From contig JAYTUV010000055.1 of NCBI GenBank assembly GCA_043744395.1, forward strand, positions 62,247-126,246: DNA of 64,000 bases, in the 5' to 3' direction. Source of the DNA: Aestuariivirga sp. GTDB taxonomy: Bacteria; Pseudomonadota; Alphaproteobacteria; Rhizobiales; Aestuariivirgaceae. The notes under the pieces were generated by a model. It saw nothing but the letters and a program-made list of their open reading frames with translations. It searched no databases and was not told where the DNA came from. Shown one piece after another: positions 8,851 through 18,084 of this stretch (position 1 is its first letter; every line of letters begins with the position of its first letter). A program made the position numbers and the translations under genes.

Positions 8851-9824
8851 CCGCCAGCGTAGAAAATATGGTGACCAATGCGGGCCAGTTTGCGCATCGT
8901 TTTTGCCCAACGTGGTTTTACATAGTCAGCATGATAATTGGTGGCAGCGCCCATCATCGCAATCGCGGGGTCGCCGCCAATAGCGCGCTGAGCAATTGCC
9001 TTGGCATGAGACCAAGCACCGGGTTGGTTCACATCATCTGGCAAGCCATCACATGCAAATGAGAATTGACAAGAATTGCGTGTGCCAGAACCTTGATAAA
9101 CTACGCCACAAATCGATTTTGGATAAGCGGGTGATTTAACGCGGTTAAGAATAACCTTGGCCACCGCCAGTTGACCGAGATCAGATTCAGACCGTGATTC
9201 AAAATAAACCGCCCGCGCCAAACAATTTTCCTCAGCTAATCGGACGCGGCGCTGGGCAACCACTTTGGTCTTTGTTTCCTTGTCCAGCGTCAAAGACTTT
9301 TGAACATTCGGGAGAGCAGGGGCCACAACTAAGCGCTTAACAGCCGGGACAGGCCCTTCAGGGTGCTTCAGATCAATCGAAGCAGGCGTAATTTGAACAC
9401 CTTTAGCAAGACTGGCAATCTTAACAGACTTGAGCTTGGGCTTCGGAGCAGGAAGAGGTGCTGGAACTGGCTCAACTGCGGCCATTTCTTGCAAATCGCC
9501 TTTGCCTTCCATCAAAACTGTCTGGCTGCGCAAAGTTTTCATGTTCAGCAGTGCGAAGGTTTCACCTTCTGGCAAAAGCGAACCCTTGGTCGCCAACGCC
9601 GTCGTTGGCATCACAAGTGGGGCCATGTCTTCAATAGCAGCATTGTGCGCATCAGCATTACGACCGATATAGTGACCAGCAAAAGCAAACGCCGTCACTA
9701 ACATAACGCCCGCAAAGGCCATTGGAACAAAGTCACGAAATGCTGATTTCGGGTGCAAAGCAGTCTCAAGCGAGTTGAGGTCTTCTAAGCGACGCCGACG
9801 ATGCAAACCATTGTGTTGATTCAA
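8847..9824 (-). CDS. SleB-family cell wall hydrolase with N-terminal membrane anchor
   Basis: 'CLARAVYFESRSESDLGQLAVAKVILNRVKSPAYPKSICGVVYQ...CQFSFACDG' is the Hydrolase_2/SleB domain. TM helix 'FVPMAFAGVMLVTAFAFAGHYI'. Confidence 0.85.
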   Translation of the reverse strand: MNQHNGLHRRRRLEDLNSLETALHPKSAFRDFVPMAFAGVMLVTAFAFAGHYIGRNADAHNAAIEDMAPLVMPTTALATKGSLLPEGETFALLNMKTLRSQTVLMEGKGDLQEMAAVEPVPAPLPAPKPKLKSVKIASLAKGVQITPASIDLKHPEGPVPAVKRLVVAPALPNVQKSLTLDKETKTKVVAQRRVRLAEENCLARAVYFESRSESDLGQLAVAKVILNRVKSPAYPKSICGVVYQGSGTRNSCQFSFACDGLPDDVNQPGAWSHAKAIAQRAIGGDPAIAMMGAATNYHADYVKPRWAKTMRKLARIGHHIFYAGG

Positions 9825-9940
9825 TGTACCAAATCCTACTTTCGACCGAAGATCTATATCATAACCTAAGGGCGTTTAGCATAGGTTAACCATGCCGACA
9901 ACCCAAAGAAGCCACTTTTAAGTCCAAATTAACATTTGGG

Positions 9941-12598
9941 TTAATGCTTTGATTTAAATGAATTTTTAAGTGTAGCTTGGGCTGCAGCCAGCCTTGCAAT
10001 AGGCACGCGGAAAGGCGAACAAGACACATAATCCAGCCCAATTTGTTCGCAAAAGGCAATTGAGTCTGGGTCGCCGCCATGCTCGCCGCAAATGCCCAAA
10101 TGCAGATCAGCCCGTCCTAAACGGCCCCGGTCGACCGCAAAATTGATGAGTTCCCCCACGCCGTCCACGTCTAATTTGATGAAAGGGTCATACGGAAAAA
10201 TTCCCCGAGCGGTATATTCGCCTATGAAACGAGCGGAATCGTCGCGGCTAATACCATAAGTCGTCTGCGTCAGATCATTCGTGCCAAATGAGAAGAACTC
10301 TGCCGCCTTGGCGATGTCTTGGGCTTTCAAGGCCGCCCTCGGTAGTTCAATCATTGTACCAACGAAATAGGTAATATCTTGCCCCGTTTCGCTGCGCACT
10401 TCGTCAGCCACCATATCAATCCGCTTGCGCACTGCATCAAGCTCAGCCCGTGCTGAAACCAGCGGCACCATAATTTCGGCAATCGGCGCCTTGCCCGTTG
10501 CAACGGCCACATTGGCCGCGGCCTCAAAAATCGCCCTTGCCTGCATGTCGGTAATTTCGGGGTAGCTCAAAAGCAACCGAACGCCCCGGTGGCCTAACAT
10601 CGGGTTTTGCTCACGAAGTTCTGCCACACGGCGGCGCAGCGAAGCTGGATCAATTTTAAGATCCTTGGCAATTCCAACAACGTCGTCGGCAACCGAAGGC
10701 AAAAATTCATGCAGAGGTGGATCAAGCAACCGAATGCAAACCGGAAATCCGGCCATGATTGCAAACAGCGCTTCAAAATCGTTACGCAAAACGGGTAGAA
10801 TTTTGGCCAAAGCCGCACGACGATCCCGTTCCCCATCCGCCAAGATCATTTCGCGCATGGCAATAATGCGGTCGCCTTCAAAGAACATATGTTCAGTGCG
10901 CGAAAGCCCAATGCCCTCGGCCCCAAAATCACGAGCAATTTTTGCATCATGCGGGGTCTCGGCATTGGTGCGCACTTGCATGCGCCGCGCCTTGTCAGCC
11001 CAGCCAAGGAACATCGCAAAATCACCAGAAAGCGAAGGCTTCACAACAGCAACTTCGCCTTTGAGGATTTGGCCCAAACTGCCATCAATTGTGATAACAT
11101 CACCCTTTTTCAGAGTAAGACCCGGCCCTTTTAATGTGCCATCAGCAATATCAATTTTTAACGATGCAGCACCAGCCACGCAAGGCTTGCCCATGCCGCG
11201 CGCAATCACAGCCGCATGAGATGTCATGCCGCCACGCGTGGTTAAAACCCCGTCCGCCACATGCACGCCCTTAATATCTTCAGGCGAAGTTTCAGGTCTT
11301 ACCAAAATCACATGATAGCCTTGTGCCACAAGAACCCGAGCTTCTTCAGCATCAAATATAATCATGCCAGATGCAGCACCGGGAGAGGCAGGCAAACCCG
11401 CCGCAATCACTTCGCGTTTCGTGTCGGCGGCCAAAGTGGAGTGCAACAATTGATCAAGCGACAGTGGATCAATGCGGAGCAAGGCCTCTGCTTCGCTCAT
11501 CAAATTTTGTCGCACCATATCAGCCACAATCTTGATTGCGGCGGCAGTCGTGCGTCTTGCGGGTTTGACGTCTAAAAACCAAAGCTGTCCCTGCGCTATC
11601 GTAAAATCCACTTCCACAGCATCGCGCAAATGCTGTTCAAGCTTAAACAAGCCATTGCGCAAATCTTGAAACGCAGCAGGAATAGTCAGTTCCAATGAAA
11701 CATCGCCATTGCGCAATGCCATGCTATGCCGCAATCGTGCGATTAAATCTGGCCCCTGTGCATCAACCAAATATTCGCCCTGAATGGCAAGCTCACCCGT
11801 TTGCGCATGCCGCGAGGCAGCGTGCCCAGCTCCAGATTGTTCGGGCTGATTTCCGAACACCATGGCCTGCACAACAATTGCAAAACCAGCATCAGCTTCC
11901 ACACCCTGAATCTTCCGGTGCGTTTTAGCCCGCGGCCCATTCCAGCCGCGCACCAATGCGACAATTGTGTTCCAAAGCTGCTCATGCACATCTTGCGGAA
12001 ACACCTGATTGTCATGTGCTTCAAGCTGTGACTTAAACCGCGCTGTTAATTCGCGCCCGTCCGAACTTTTGATTTCGGTGGCTGAAACATAGCCCCGCTC
12101 TTCAATAAACAAGCTCAGCAAGTCTTCAAAAGCTGCCGGGTCATCACCCATCACAACATGCGCATAATTCTGAATAAAGCGGCGATAGCATTCATGTGCA
12201 AAACTTGGATCACCAGAAAACTTGGCCAAGCCTTCAACGGTCTCATCATTGAGACCCAAATTCAGAACTGCTTCCAAAGTGCCCGGCAGTGCCAGCGGCA
12301 TCGACGGCCGAACGGCCAGAAGCAGCAAATTCTTATGGTCGCCGAGCGAACACCCCGTCTCTTCAGCCATGCGTCCCAAAGCCGATACAATTTCTGCTTT
12401 AATCTCAACCGTCGCTTTGCCCGCAGCAATTTGTTTGCAAGCTTCAACCGTCAAAACAAAGCCGGGCGGCACCGAAAGACCAAGCTTTGCCATTTCGCAA
12501 AGCGCTTTACCCTTCTGCCCCAGCGCCTGCGCACCCAAGTTTGCTCCTTCGGCTCCAAAATTACCGAATATCGCCAGATATGAATTTATTTTGTTCAT
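9941..12598 (-). CDS. ppdK: pyruvate, phosphate dikinase
   Basis: 'TTRGGMTSHAAVIARGMGKPCVAG' (phospho-His), 'GLSRTEHMFF', 'FFSFGTNDLTQ', 'GICGEHGGDP'. The MNKI start at 12598 is preferred over 12616. Confidence 0.95.
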   Translation of the reverse strand: MNKINSYLAIFGNFGAEGANLGAQALGQKGKALCEMAKLGLSVPPGFVLTVEACKQIAAGKATVEIKAEIVSALGRMAEETGCSLGDHKNLLLLAVRPSMPLALPGTLEAVLNLGLNDETVEGLAKFSGDPSFAHECYRRFIQNYAHVVMGDDPAAFEDLLSLFIEERGYVSATEIKSSDGRELTARFKSQLEAHDNQVFPQDVHEQLWNTIVALVRGWNGPRAKTHRKIQGVEADAGFAIVVQAMVFGNQPEQSGAGHAASRHAQTGELAIQGEYLVDAQGPDLIARLRHSMALRNGDVSLELTIPAAFQDLRNGLFKLEQHLRDAVEVDFTIAQGQLWFLDVKPARRTTAAAIKIVADMVRQNLMSEAEALLRIDPLSLDQLLHSTLAADTKREVIAAGLPASPGAASGMIIFDAEEARVLVAQGYHVILVRPETSPEDIKGVHVADGVLTTRGGMTSHAAVIARGMGKPCVAGAASLKIDIADGTLKGPGLTLKKGDVITIDGSLGQILKGEVAVVKPSLSGDFAMFLGWADKARRMQVRTNAETPHDAKIARDFGAEGIGLSRTEHMFFEGDRIIAMREMILADGERDRRAALAKILPVLRNDFEALFAIMAGFPVCIRLLDPPLHEFLPSVADDVVGIAKDLKIDPASLRRRVAELREQNPMLGHRGVRLLLSYPEITDMQARAIFEAAANVAVATGKAPIAEIMVPLVSARAELDAVRKRIDMVADEVRSETGQDITYFVGTMIELPRAALKAQDIAKAAEFFSFGTNDLTQTTYGISRDDSARFIGEYTARGIFPYDPFIKLDVDGVGELINFAVDRGRLGRADLHLGICGEHGGDPDSIAFCEQIGLDYVSCSPFRVPIARLAAAQATLKNSFKSKH

Positions 12599-12610
12599 GA
12601 TATTGCAATG

Positions 12611-12643
12611 CAGCAAAGCCCCTAGACCTCACGAGGTCAAGGG
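12611..12643 (-). terminator. possible terminator hairpin downstream of the MFS gene
   Basis: Stem 12620-12629 / 12634-12643 pairs 9/10, loop cacg. On the minus strand it is followed by gctttgctg, only a weak U tract. Confidence 0.3.
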
Positions 12644-12667
12644 ATCAATTGCGTGATAGTTTACAGT

Positions 12668-13867
12668 TCAGGCTAAAATCTGCTTTGGCCGCAGCTTTCC
12701 AATCAACAACCAAAACGCAATCGCCATGTTCAGCAAGTTCCAAGCGACCCCATGCAAGAACGCCAATTTATAAGATCCGGTATGATCAAAAATCACGCCA
12801 GATAGCCAGCCACCAAGCGCCATGCCTAATACGGTGGCCGTCAACACCATCGAAATCCGAACGCCTGCTTCTTTGGCTGGAAAGTGATCACGCACAATCA
12901 AAGCGTAGCTGGGCACAATGCCTCCTTGCGCCAAACCGAATAATGCCGTCACCAGATAAAGCGATGTCAGGCCATTGAATGGAATGTAAAACAACAGGGC
13001 CAAGGATTGCAAAAATGAACCGATGATCAATGTGCCGATACCGCCGATATGATCAGACATATAGCCCGAAATCAATCGGCTCACCACGCCAAAGCCCAAC
13101 ATGACTGAAAGCATTTGCGCACCCACAGCGCGGTCAAACCCAAGATCGCCGCAATAAGCCAAGATATGAACTTGCGGCATGCTCATCGCCACGCAGCAGG
13201 ACAGCCCCGCCAATATCAAGATGGCCTGCAGAACATTCGTGCCCTTTGTCCCTTGGGCTGTTGCCGCCGCACTTGGCCGCTCAACCAACGATGCGCGTTC
13301 GCGTAGCATGAGAGACAAAGGCACCATAATCACGATGCAAACCACGCCGATGAACATAAAAGCCGAACGCCAACCATAATTTTGTGTGAGATATGTCAAT
13401 AGCGGTGGCCAAATTGTACCTGCCAAATAGTTGCCTGATGCAACAATCCCTACCGCAATGCCGCGCCGTTTTTGGAACCACAAAGACACGTCAGCAACCA
13501 AGGGCCCAAATGTTGTGCCACTGCCCAGCCCACCAATGACGATAGCAGAAGCCGCCACATAACTCCAATAATTTGGCGCAAATGCTGCTGCAAAAAATCC
13601 AACGCAAAGCATCACACCGCTCATCATCATCGGAATCATAATACCAAATCTGTCGGCCAGTTTGCCAGAAAGGATGCCACCAAACGCAAACCCAAGCATT
13701 GTCATGGTGTAGGGGAAAGACGCGCCCGCTCTGTCAACATGAAAGTCGGCCTGAATAAAAGGCAAAACCACCACACCAGCCCAAAGCCCAATGCCACCCG
13801 TTGTCGCAAGCGCAATTGAAGCCGCAAGGCGGATCCAAGAATAACGGCTATCGGGGAGATGGTTCAT
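12668..13867 (-). CDS. MFS transporter
   Basis: 399 aa and highly hydrophobic, with about 12 predicted TM segments. 'GKLADRFG' matches the MFS loop 2-3 motif. Confidence 0.85.
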   Translation of the reverse strand: MNHLPDSRYSWIRLAASIALATTGGIGLWAGVVVLPFIQADFHVDRAGASFPYTMTMLGFAFGGILSGKLADRFGIMIPMMMSGVMLCVGFFAAAFAPNYWSYVAASAIVIGGLGSGTTFGPLVADVSLWFQKRRGIAVGIVASGNYLAGTIWPPLLTYLTQNYGWRSAFMFIGVVCIVIMVPLSLMLRERASLVERPSAAATAQGTKGTNVLQAILILAGLSCCVAMSMPQVHILAYCGDLGFDRAVGAQMLSVMLGFGVVSRLISGYMSDHIGGIGTLIIGSFLQSLALLFYIPFNGLTSLYLVTALFGLAQGGIVPSYALIVRDHFPAKEAGVRISMVLTATVLGMALGGWLSGVIFDHTGSYKLAFLHGVAWNLLNMAIAFWLLIGKLRPKQILA

Positions 13868-13935
13868 AGTGTTTTGTTAATGGGTTTTACAAAGTAAGGG
13901 CAGTGCCAAATATTTGAATCATTTGCCACCAACAT

Positions 13936-14017
13936 CGTCATTCCCGCGAAGGCGGGAAACCAACTTCCGCCCAGACATGTTGTTTAAAGTTGGATTCCCG
14001 CCTTCGCGGGAATGACG
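13936..14017. repeat. palindromic intergenic element, copy 1 (REP/MITE-like)
   Basis: Arms 'cgtcattcccgcgaaggcgggaaaccaactt' and 'aagttggattcccgccttcgcgggaatgacg' match 30/31, separated by a 20-nt loop. The same arms recur at 15536 and 17971. Confidence 0.9.
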
Positions 14018-14050
14018 GAATCCTTGGTCAGAATCGAATCCTTAAAATTC

Positions 14051-14311
14051 CTATTGGTGTGTCTTGCCCACCGTAAATTCACCAGACCGAATGCGTTCTG
14101 GCAATCGCTCGCACATCACAGCAACAGGCTCTTCGCCATAAGTGGCAATCATGTCCGACAGTGACGCGAATATCGCAGCAGTGGCAATCGCGTCAGGGTC
14201 AAGCCCATCATAAATTGCTTCTTCCCACGCTTCGAGAATATAGCGCAGCGCCATTTGTTTGGCTTCTTGCGGCGGCAGTTCGGCGATTTGGTCTTCGGTT
14301 AATTTATACAT
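14051..14311 (-). CDS. small conserved-looking hypothetical protein (86 aa)
   Basis: ORF starting MYKLTEDQIAEL at 14311. Acidic, helical-looking sequence with no motif I recognise. Confidence 0.5.
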   Translation of the reverse strand: MYKLTEDQIAELPPQEAKQMALRYILEAWEEAIYDGLDPDAIATAAIFASLSDMIATYGEEPVAVMCERLPERIRSGEFTVGKTHQ

Positions 14312-14432
14312 GAAACTCAACTTGTGCGCCGCTGCTGAGCCCACCCCAGTTGCGTTAATTTACATTAACATTGGAATCTATGACGGCGAGTCGAACCTTA
14401 AGAGAAGGTTAACGGCACCACGCAACTTTGAA

Positions 14433-14834
14433 CTAAAGCTTCAACAGTTCTTGTGCATCCGCAATAGCTTGCGCGATATTTGGAGCCAGTTCCAAAGTGG
14501 CCAATGCCTGTGGATAAACCCATGCCACATCAGCAGCATCGCTGGAGGCAATGGCTTCGCCTGAAATATAATGTCCTGCAAAACACGTAATTGAATATAT
14601 CACATCGTCGCCCCGCTTGATTTCAAAGGGGCCCATCTGTTTGAAAAGTTCAGCCCGCACTTTTGTTTCCTCAAACAATTCGCGAACTGCCGCAGCCTCT
14701 GCCGTTTCGCCCACTTCAATCTTCCCACCCGGCAAACTCCACAATCCTTTGCCCGGCGGCTTTCCCCGCTTGATCAATAGAACTTGGCCGTCTCGCCAAA
14801 TGCAAGCAGATGCTCCTAGAATTGGTTCTGTCAT
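14433..14834 (-). CDS. NUDIX hydrolase
   Basis: Nudix box 'GGKIEVGETAEAAAVRELFEETKV'. Confidence 0.9.
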   Translation of the reverse strand: MTEPILGASACIWRDGQVLLIKRGKPPGKGLWSLPGGKIEVGETAEAAAVRELFEETKVRAELFKQMGPFEIKRGDDVIYSITCFAGHYISGEAIASSDAADVAWVYPQALATLELAPNIAQAIADAQELLKL

Positions 14835-14851
14835 ATCGCTATTGTCGCCTC

Positions 14852-15517
14852 ATGTGTGGTCTCTATAGTTTTCGCAAACCGGCCGATGAAGCAAGGGCTT
14901 TGTTCAAATATTTAGAACAGCCCATATTCCCGCCGCGTGAATATGTAACGCCGGGCAGCCCCATCGCTATTGTGCGTAACGGCCCAGACCGTCAGCGCCA
15001 CTTTGAATTGGTGCGCTGGGGTTTTGTTCCAAGCTGGGCCAAAGAAATTCAGCCACGTCCATTGATTAACGCCCGTAGTGAAACAGTTTATGAAAAGCTA
15101 AGTTTCAAAAATTCCATCCGCCGCCGTCGCTGCCTTTTTCCCTCTGATGGCTTTTATGAATGGGAAGGCGATGTGCCCGGCAAAAAGCGCCCCTATTTTA
15201 TCCACCGCCCAGATAACGGCCTCTTCGCTTTTGGTGGCATATGGGAACATTGGCAAAGTGCTGATGGTTCGGAGCTTGAAACAGCGGCCATGCTAACCAC
15301 TGATCCCAATCTCGTCATCGCAACAATCCATGACCGTAGCCCGGTTGTGATTCACCCTAACGATTTTGACCGTTGGCTTGATGGCACGGAAGAAAATGTG
15401 CGACACTTGCTAAAGCCCCCGCCCGATGATTACTTCACCATGGAACCCACAATTATCGCTCGCAACGCACCGCCACCAAAGCCAGCGCCACCAAAATCGC
15501 AACTGGATTTGATTTAG
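14852..15517 (+). CDS. SOS response-associated peptidase (SRAP/YedK family)
   Basis: Starts 'MCGLYSF' with the catalytic Cys2. Also 'NARSET' and 'PSDGFYEW'. The 14810 extension is unlikely. Confidence 0.88.
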   Translation: MCGLYSFRKPADEARALFKYLEQPIFPPREYVTPGSPIAIVRNGPDRQRHFELVRWGFVPSWAKEIQPRPLINARSETVYEKLSFKNSIRRRRCLFPSDGFYEWEGDVPGKKRPYFIHRPDNGLFAFGGIWEHWQSADGSELETAAMLTTDPNLVIATIHDRSPVVIHPNDFDRWLDGTEENVRHLLKPPPDDYFTMEPTIIARNAPPPKPAPPKSQLDLI

Positions 15518-15535
15518 AAGCCACTCCCCCTATAA

Positions 15536-15619
15536 CCGTCATTCCCGCGAAGGCGGGAACCCAACTTCAGTTCAAGCCTGCTGTTAAAAGTTGGATTCCC
15601 GCCTTCGCGGGAAAGACGG
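15536..15619. repeat. palindromic intergenic element, copy 2
   Basis: 'ccgtcattcccgcgaaggcgggaacccaactt' ... 'aagttggattcccgccttcgcgggaaagacgg'. Arms are conserved with copies 1 and 3; the loop is unrelated. Confidence 0.9.
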
Positions 15620-15647
15620 TTTGGCGGGTGGCAACGTAACTTTTGAA

Positions 15648-16544
15648 ATGAAAAACATGACCAAACATCTGCGCATCCTCCAGCCCCACAAAAACATCTA
15701 CGCCTATTACGATGGTCGCGTGCCGGGTTACCGTTTCATGGAGCAGGACAATTGGGTTGATAGTGGTGCGCTGTCATTGGGCATCGCAAGTTATGCCATT
15801 GTCGATGGCCATGAAGCCTTGGTTTACGACACGCATTGTTCGAACGACTATGCCCGCGCCATTCGTGACCACCTATCCAGCATCGGTGTTTCAAAAATAA
15901 CGGTTCTGCTCAGCCATTGGCATCTCGATCATGTGGCGGGAACCGAAGTGTTCAAAGACTGCAAGGTCATCGCAAACCAAAAAACCGCTGATCATTTAGC
16001 AAAACATAAATCAGCAATTGAAGATGGCACCGACCACGGACTTCCTGCCATCAATCCACTCATCATGCCGACGCAGATTTTTTCAAAATCGATGAACTTC
16101 AAACTAGGCACGCTGGATTTGCAGTTCTTAGAATTCAATATCCATAGCGATGACGCAACTGTTATCTGGATGGCAGAGCAGGGCCTCTTACTGGCGGGCG
16201 ACACCATGGAAGATACAATCACTTACGTCGCCGAACCCGAATTTCTGAACACCCATCTCGCTGATCTCGATCACATCTGGGCACTGAACCCAACCCACAT
16301 CCTGCCCAACCACGGTCATGCTGATGTGATCGCCAAAGGCGGCTATGGCAAAACCCTGATCCGCGCCACACAACAGTATATCCGCATGTTGAAACGCATG
16401 GCCACCGAGCCAGAATTGCGTGACCAACCTTTGCGCCAGATTATTTCAGGCCCGCTTGAAGCCGGATGGGTGCATTATTTCAAACCCTATGAAGCAGTGC
16501 ATAAGGCGAATCTGGAAATGGTGTTGAAAGCAAAGTTAAATTAG
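15648..16544 (+). CDS. MBL-fold metallo-hydrolase
   Basis: 'LLSHWHLDHVAG' (HxHxDH) and a downstream 'PNHGH'. The ORF-track start at 15591 lies inside the palindromic element, so ATG 15648 is preferred. Confidence 0.8.
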   Translation: MKNMTKHLRILQPHKNIYAYYDGRVPGYRFMEQDNWVDSGALSLGIASYAIVDGHEALVYDTHCSNDYARAIRDHLSSIGVSKITVLLSHWHLDHVAGTEVFKDCKVIANQKTADHLAKHKSAIEDGTDHGLPAINPLIMPTQIFSKSMNFKLGTLDLQFLEFNIHSDDATVIWMAEQGLLLAGDTMEDTITYVAEPEFLNTHLADLDHIWALNPTHILPNHGHADVIAKGGYGKTLIRATQQYIRMLKRMATEPELRDQPLRQIISGPLEAGWVHYFKPYEAVHKANLEMVLKAKLN

Positions 16545-17950
16545 GCAGGCGGTAAAACCTTGCCCGGATTCATAATGCCTTTCGGGTCAAGCATCGCCTT
16601 CACCCCGCGCATCATGTCCAATTCCACAGGTGACTTGATCCGCAACATATCATCGCGCTTCAATTGCCCAATGCCATGCTCCGCGCTGATTGAGCCACCA
16701 TGTTTCAGCACCACATCAAACACCACCCAATTCATGGCGTGCCATTGATCTAAAAATTTCTGTTTGTTCATGCCCACGGGTTGCGTGACATTAAAATGCA
16801 TATTGCCGTCGCCCATATGGCCAAAGCACATCACACGGGCATCGGCCATAAAGCCATTCACAGCTTTCGTCGCCTCAGCAATGAACGCTGGAATATGTGA
16901 CACAGGCACAGACACATCATGCTTGATCGAGCCACCTTCATGGCGCTGCGACTCCGGCATCAATTCGCGAATGGCCCACAACGCTTGGCGCTGTGCCTCC
17001 GACTGTGCGATGGACGCATCAGTCACAATACCCATCTCCATCGCTTTTTCTAAAATTGTTTCAAAACTTCCGGGCACTGCATCGGCCAATTCAGTGAGCA
17101 CATACCAGGGCGATGGTGACGTAATCGGGTTGATGATCCCCATATGCTTCACCGTAAAACCCATCGCGATGTCTGGCATCAATTCAAACGCCACAGCGCG
17201 ATTGCCGCTTTCATTTTTAACCAGCGCCAACAAATCAATTGCAGCTTGGGGGGAGGGTACGGCGATGAACGCCGTATCGTTGCGGCGCGGTTTTGGATAA
17301 AGTTTCAACACCGCAGCAGTGATGATCCCAAGCGTTCCTTCAGCACCGACGAACAGGTTCTTCAAATCATAGCCGGTATTGTCTTTGCGAAGTTTCTTGA
17401 GCCCATTCCAGATGCGCCCATCGGCCAACACAACTTCAAGCCCCAAACACAAATCGCGCATATTGCCATAAGCCAGCACATTCAAACCGCCCGCGTTGCT
17501 CGAAAGATTGCCGCCAATCCGGCACGATCCTTCAGAGGCGAGGCTCAGAGGAAAAAGTCGGTCAACTGCATCAGCCGCATTCTGCAAATTTTTCAAAATG
17601 CATCCTGCTTCAACAGTCATCGAATAATCATCTGCATCAACCGAAATAATCTTCGTCATCCGGTCAAGCGATAACAAAACCTCAGGCCCCGTGGGCATCT
17701 GCCCACCCACCAAACCAGTGTTGCCAGATTGCGGAACAATGGCCGTGTTTGTCTCAAACGAAATCTTCATGATGCGCGAAACTTCATCGGTGTTGGCGGG
17801 CCGCAACACCAGCGGCGAAGTGCCCGGCCAGAGATCGCGCCATTCGCGCATGTAGGGGGCCATGTCAGAGGTGTTGCTAATAGCGTTTTTCGCGCCGACC
17901 ACATCGATGAAGCGTTGCAGTGTTTCTGCAGAGGGCAATTGTTGCTGCAT
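16541..17950 (-). CDS. FAD-binding oxidoreductase (GlcD / D-2-hydroxyacid dehydrogenase family)
   Basis: FAD_binding_4 motif 'VPQSGNTGLVGG'. C-terminal 'SISAEHGIGQLKRD'. Confidence 0.85.
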   Translation of the reverse strand: MQQQLPSAETLQRFIDVVGAKNAISNTSDMAPYMREWRDLWPGTSPLVLRPANTDEVSRIMKISFETNTAIVPQSGNTGLVGGQMPTGPEVLLSLDRMTKIISVDADDYSMTVEAGCILKNLQNAADAVDRLFPLSLASEGSCRIGGNLSSNAGGLNVLAYGNMRDLCLGLEVVLADGRIWNGLKKLRKDNTGYDLKNLFVGAEGTLGIITAAVLKLYPKPRRNDTAFIAVPSPQAAIDLLALVKNESGNRAVAFELMPDIAMGFTVKHMGIINPITSPSPWYVLTELADAVPGSFETILEKAMEMGIVTDASIAQSEAQRQALWAIRELMPESQRHEGGSIKHDVSVPVSHIPAFIAEATKAVNGFMADARVMCFGHMGDGNMHFNVTQPVGMNKQKFLDQWHAMNWVVFDVVLKHGGSISAEHGIGQLKRDDMLRIKSPVELDMMRGVKAMLDPKGIMNPGKVLPPA

Positions 17951-17970
17951 TTAAGCGCCGCTCCCAAAAT

Positions 17971-18056
17971 CCGTCATTCCCGCGCAGGCGGGAACCCAAC
18001 TTTCTACCAACTCGACTTGTAGCCAAGTTGGTTTTCCGCCTGCGCGGGAATGACGG
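17971..18056. repeat. palindromic intergenic element, copy 3
   Basis: 'ccgtcattcccgcgcaggcgggaacccaactt' ... 'aagttggttttccgcctgcgcgggaatgacgg'. Carries a matched a>c / t>g change in the two arms relative to copies 1 and 2. Confidence 0.9.
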
Positions 18057-18084
18057 AATGAGTAGAATGCAAAAGTGTAAACTA

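Noticed and set aside
10665-12656. Several 140-184-aa plus-strand ORFs (10665..11219, 12158..12583, 12222..12656)
   Set aside because: All are antisense to ppdK, whose identity is certain. They are Ser/Arg/Ala-rich shadow frames.
15591-15647. N-terminal extension of the MBL hydrolase ORF (MDSRLRGKDGLAGG...)
   Set aside because: The extension is a translation of the right arm of palindromic element copy 2. The internal ATG at 15648 gives a normal N-terminus.
16764-17674. Plus-strand ORFs 16764..17300 (178 aa) and 17144..17674 (176 aa)
   Set aside because: They are antisense to the FAD-binding oxidoreductase gene, which carries clear FAD_binding_4 motifs.
13936-18056. CRISPR array or tandem repeat interpretation of the three palindromic copies
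   Set aside because: The copies are 1.5-2.4 kb apart and separated by genes, and each is an inverted rather than a direct repeat. No cas genes and no regularly spaced short repeats occur anywhere in the window.
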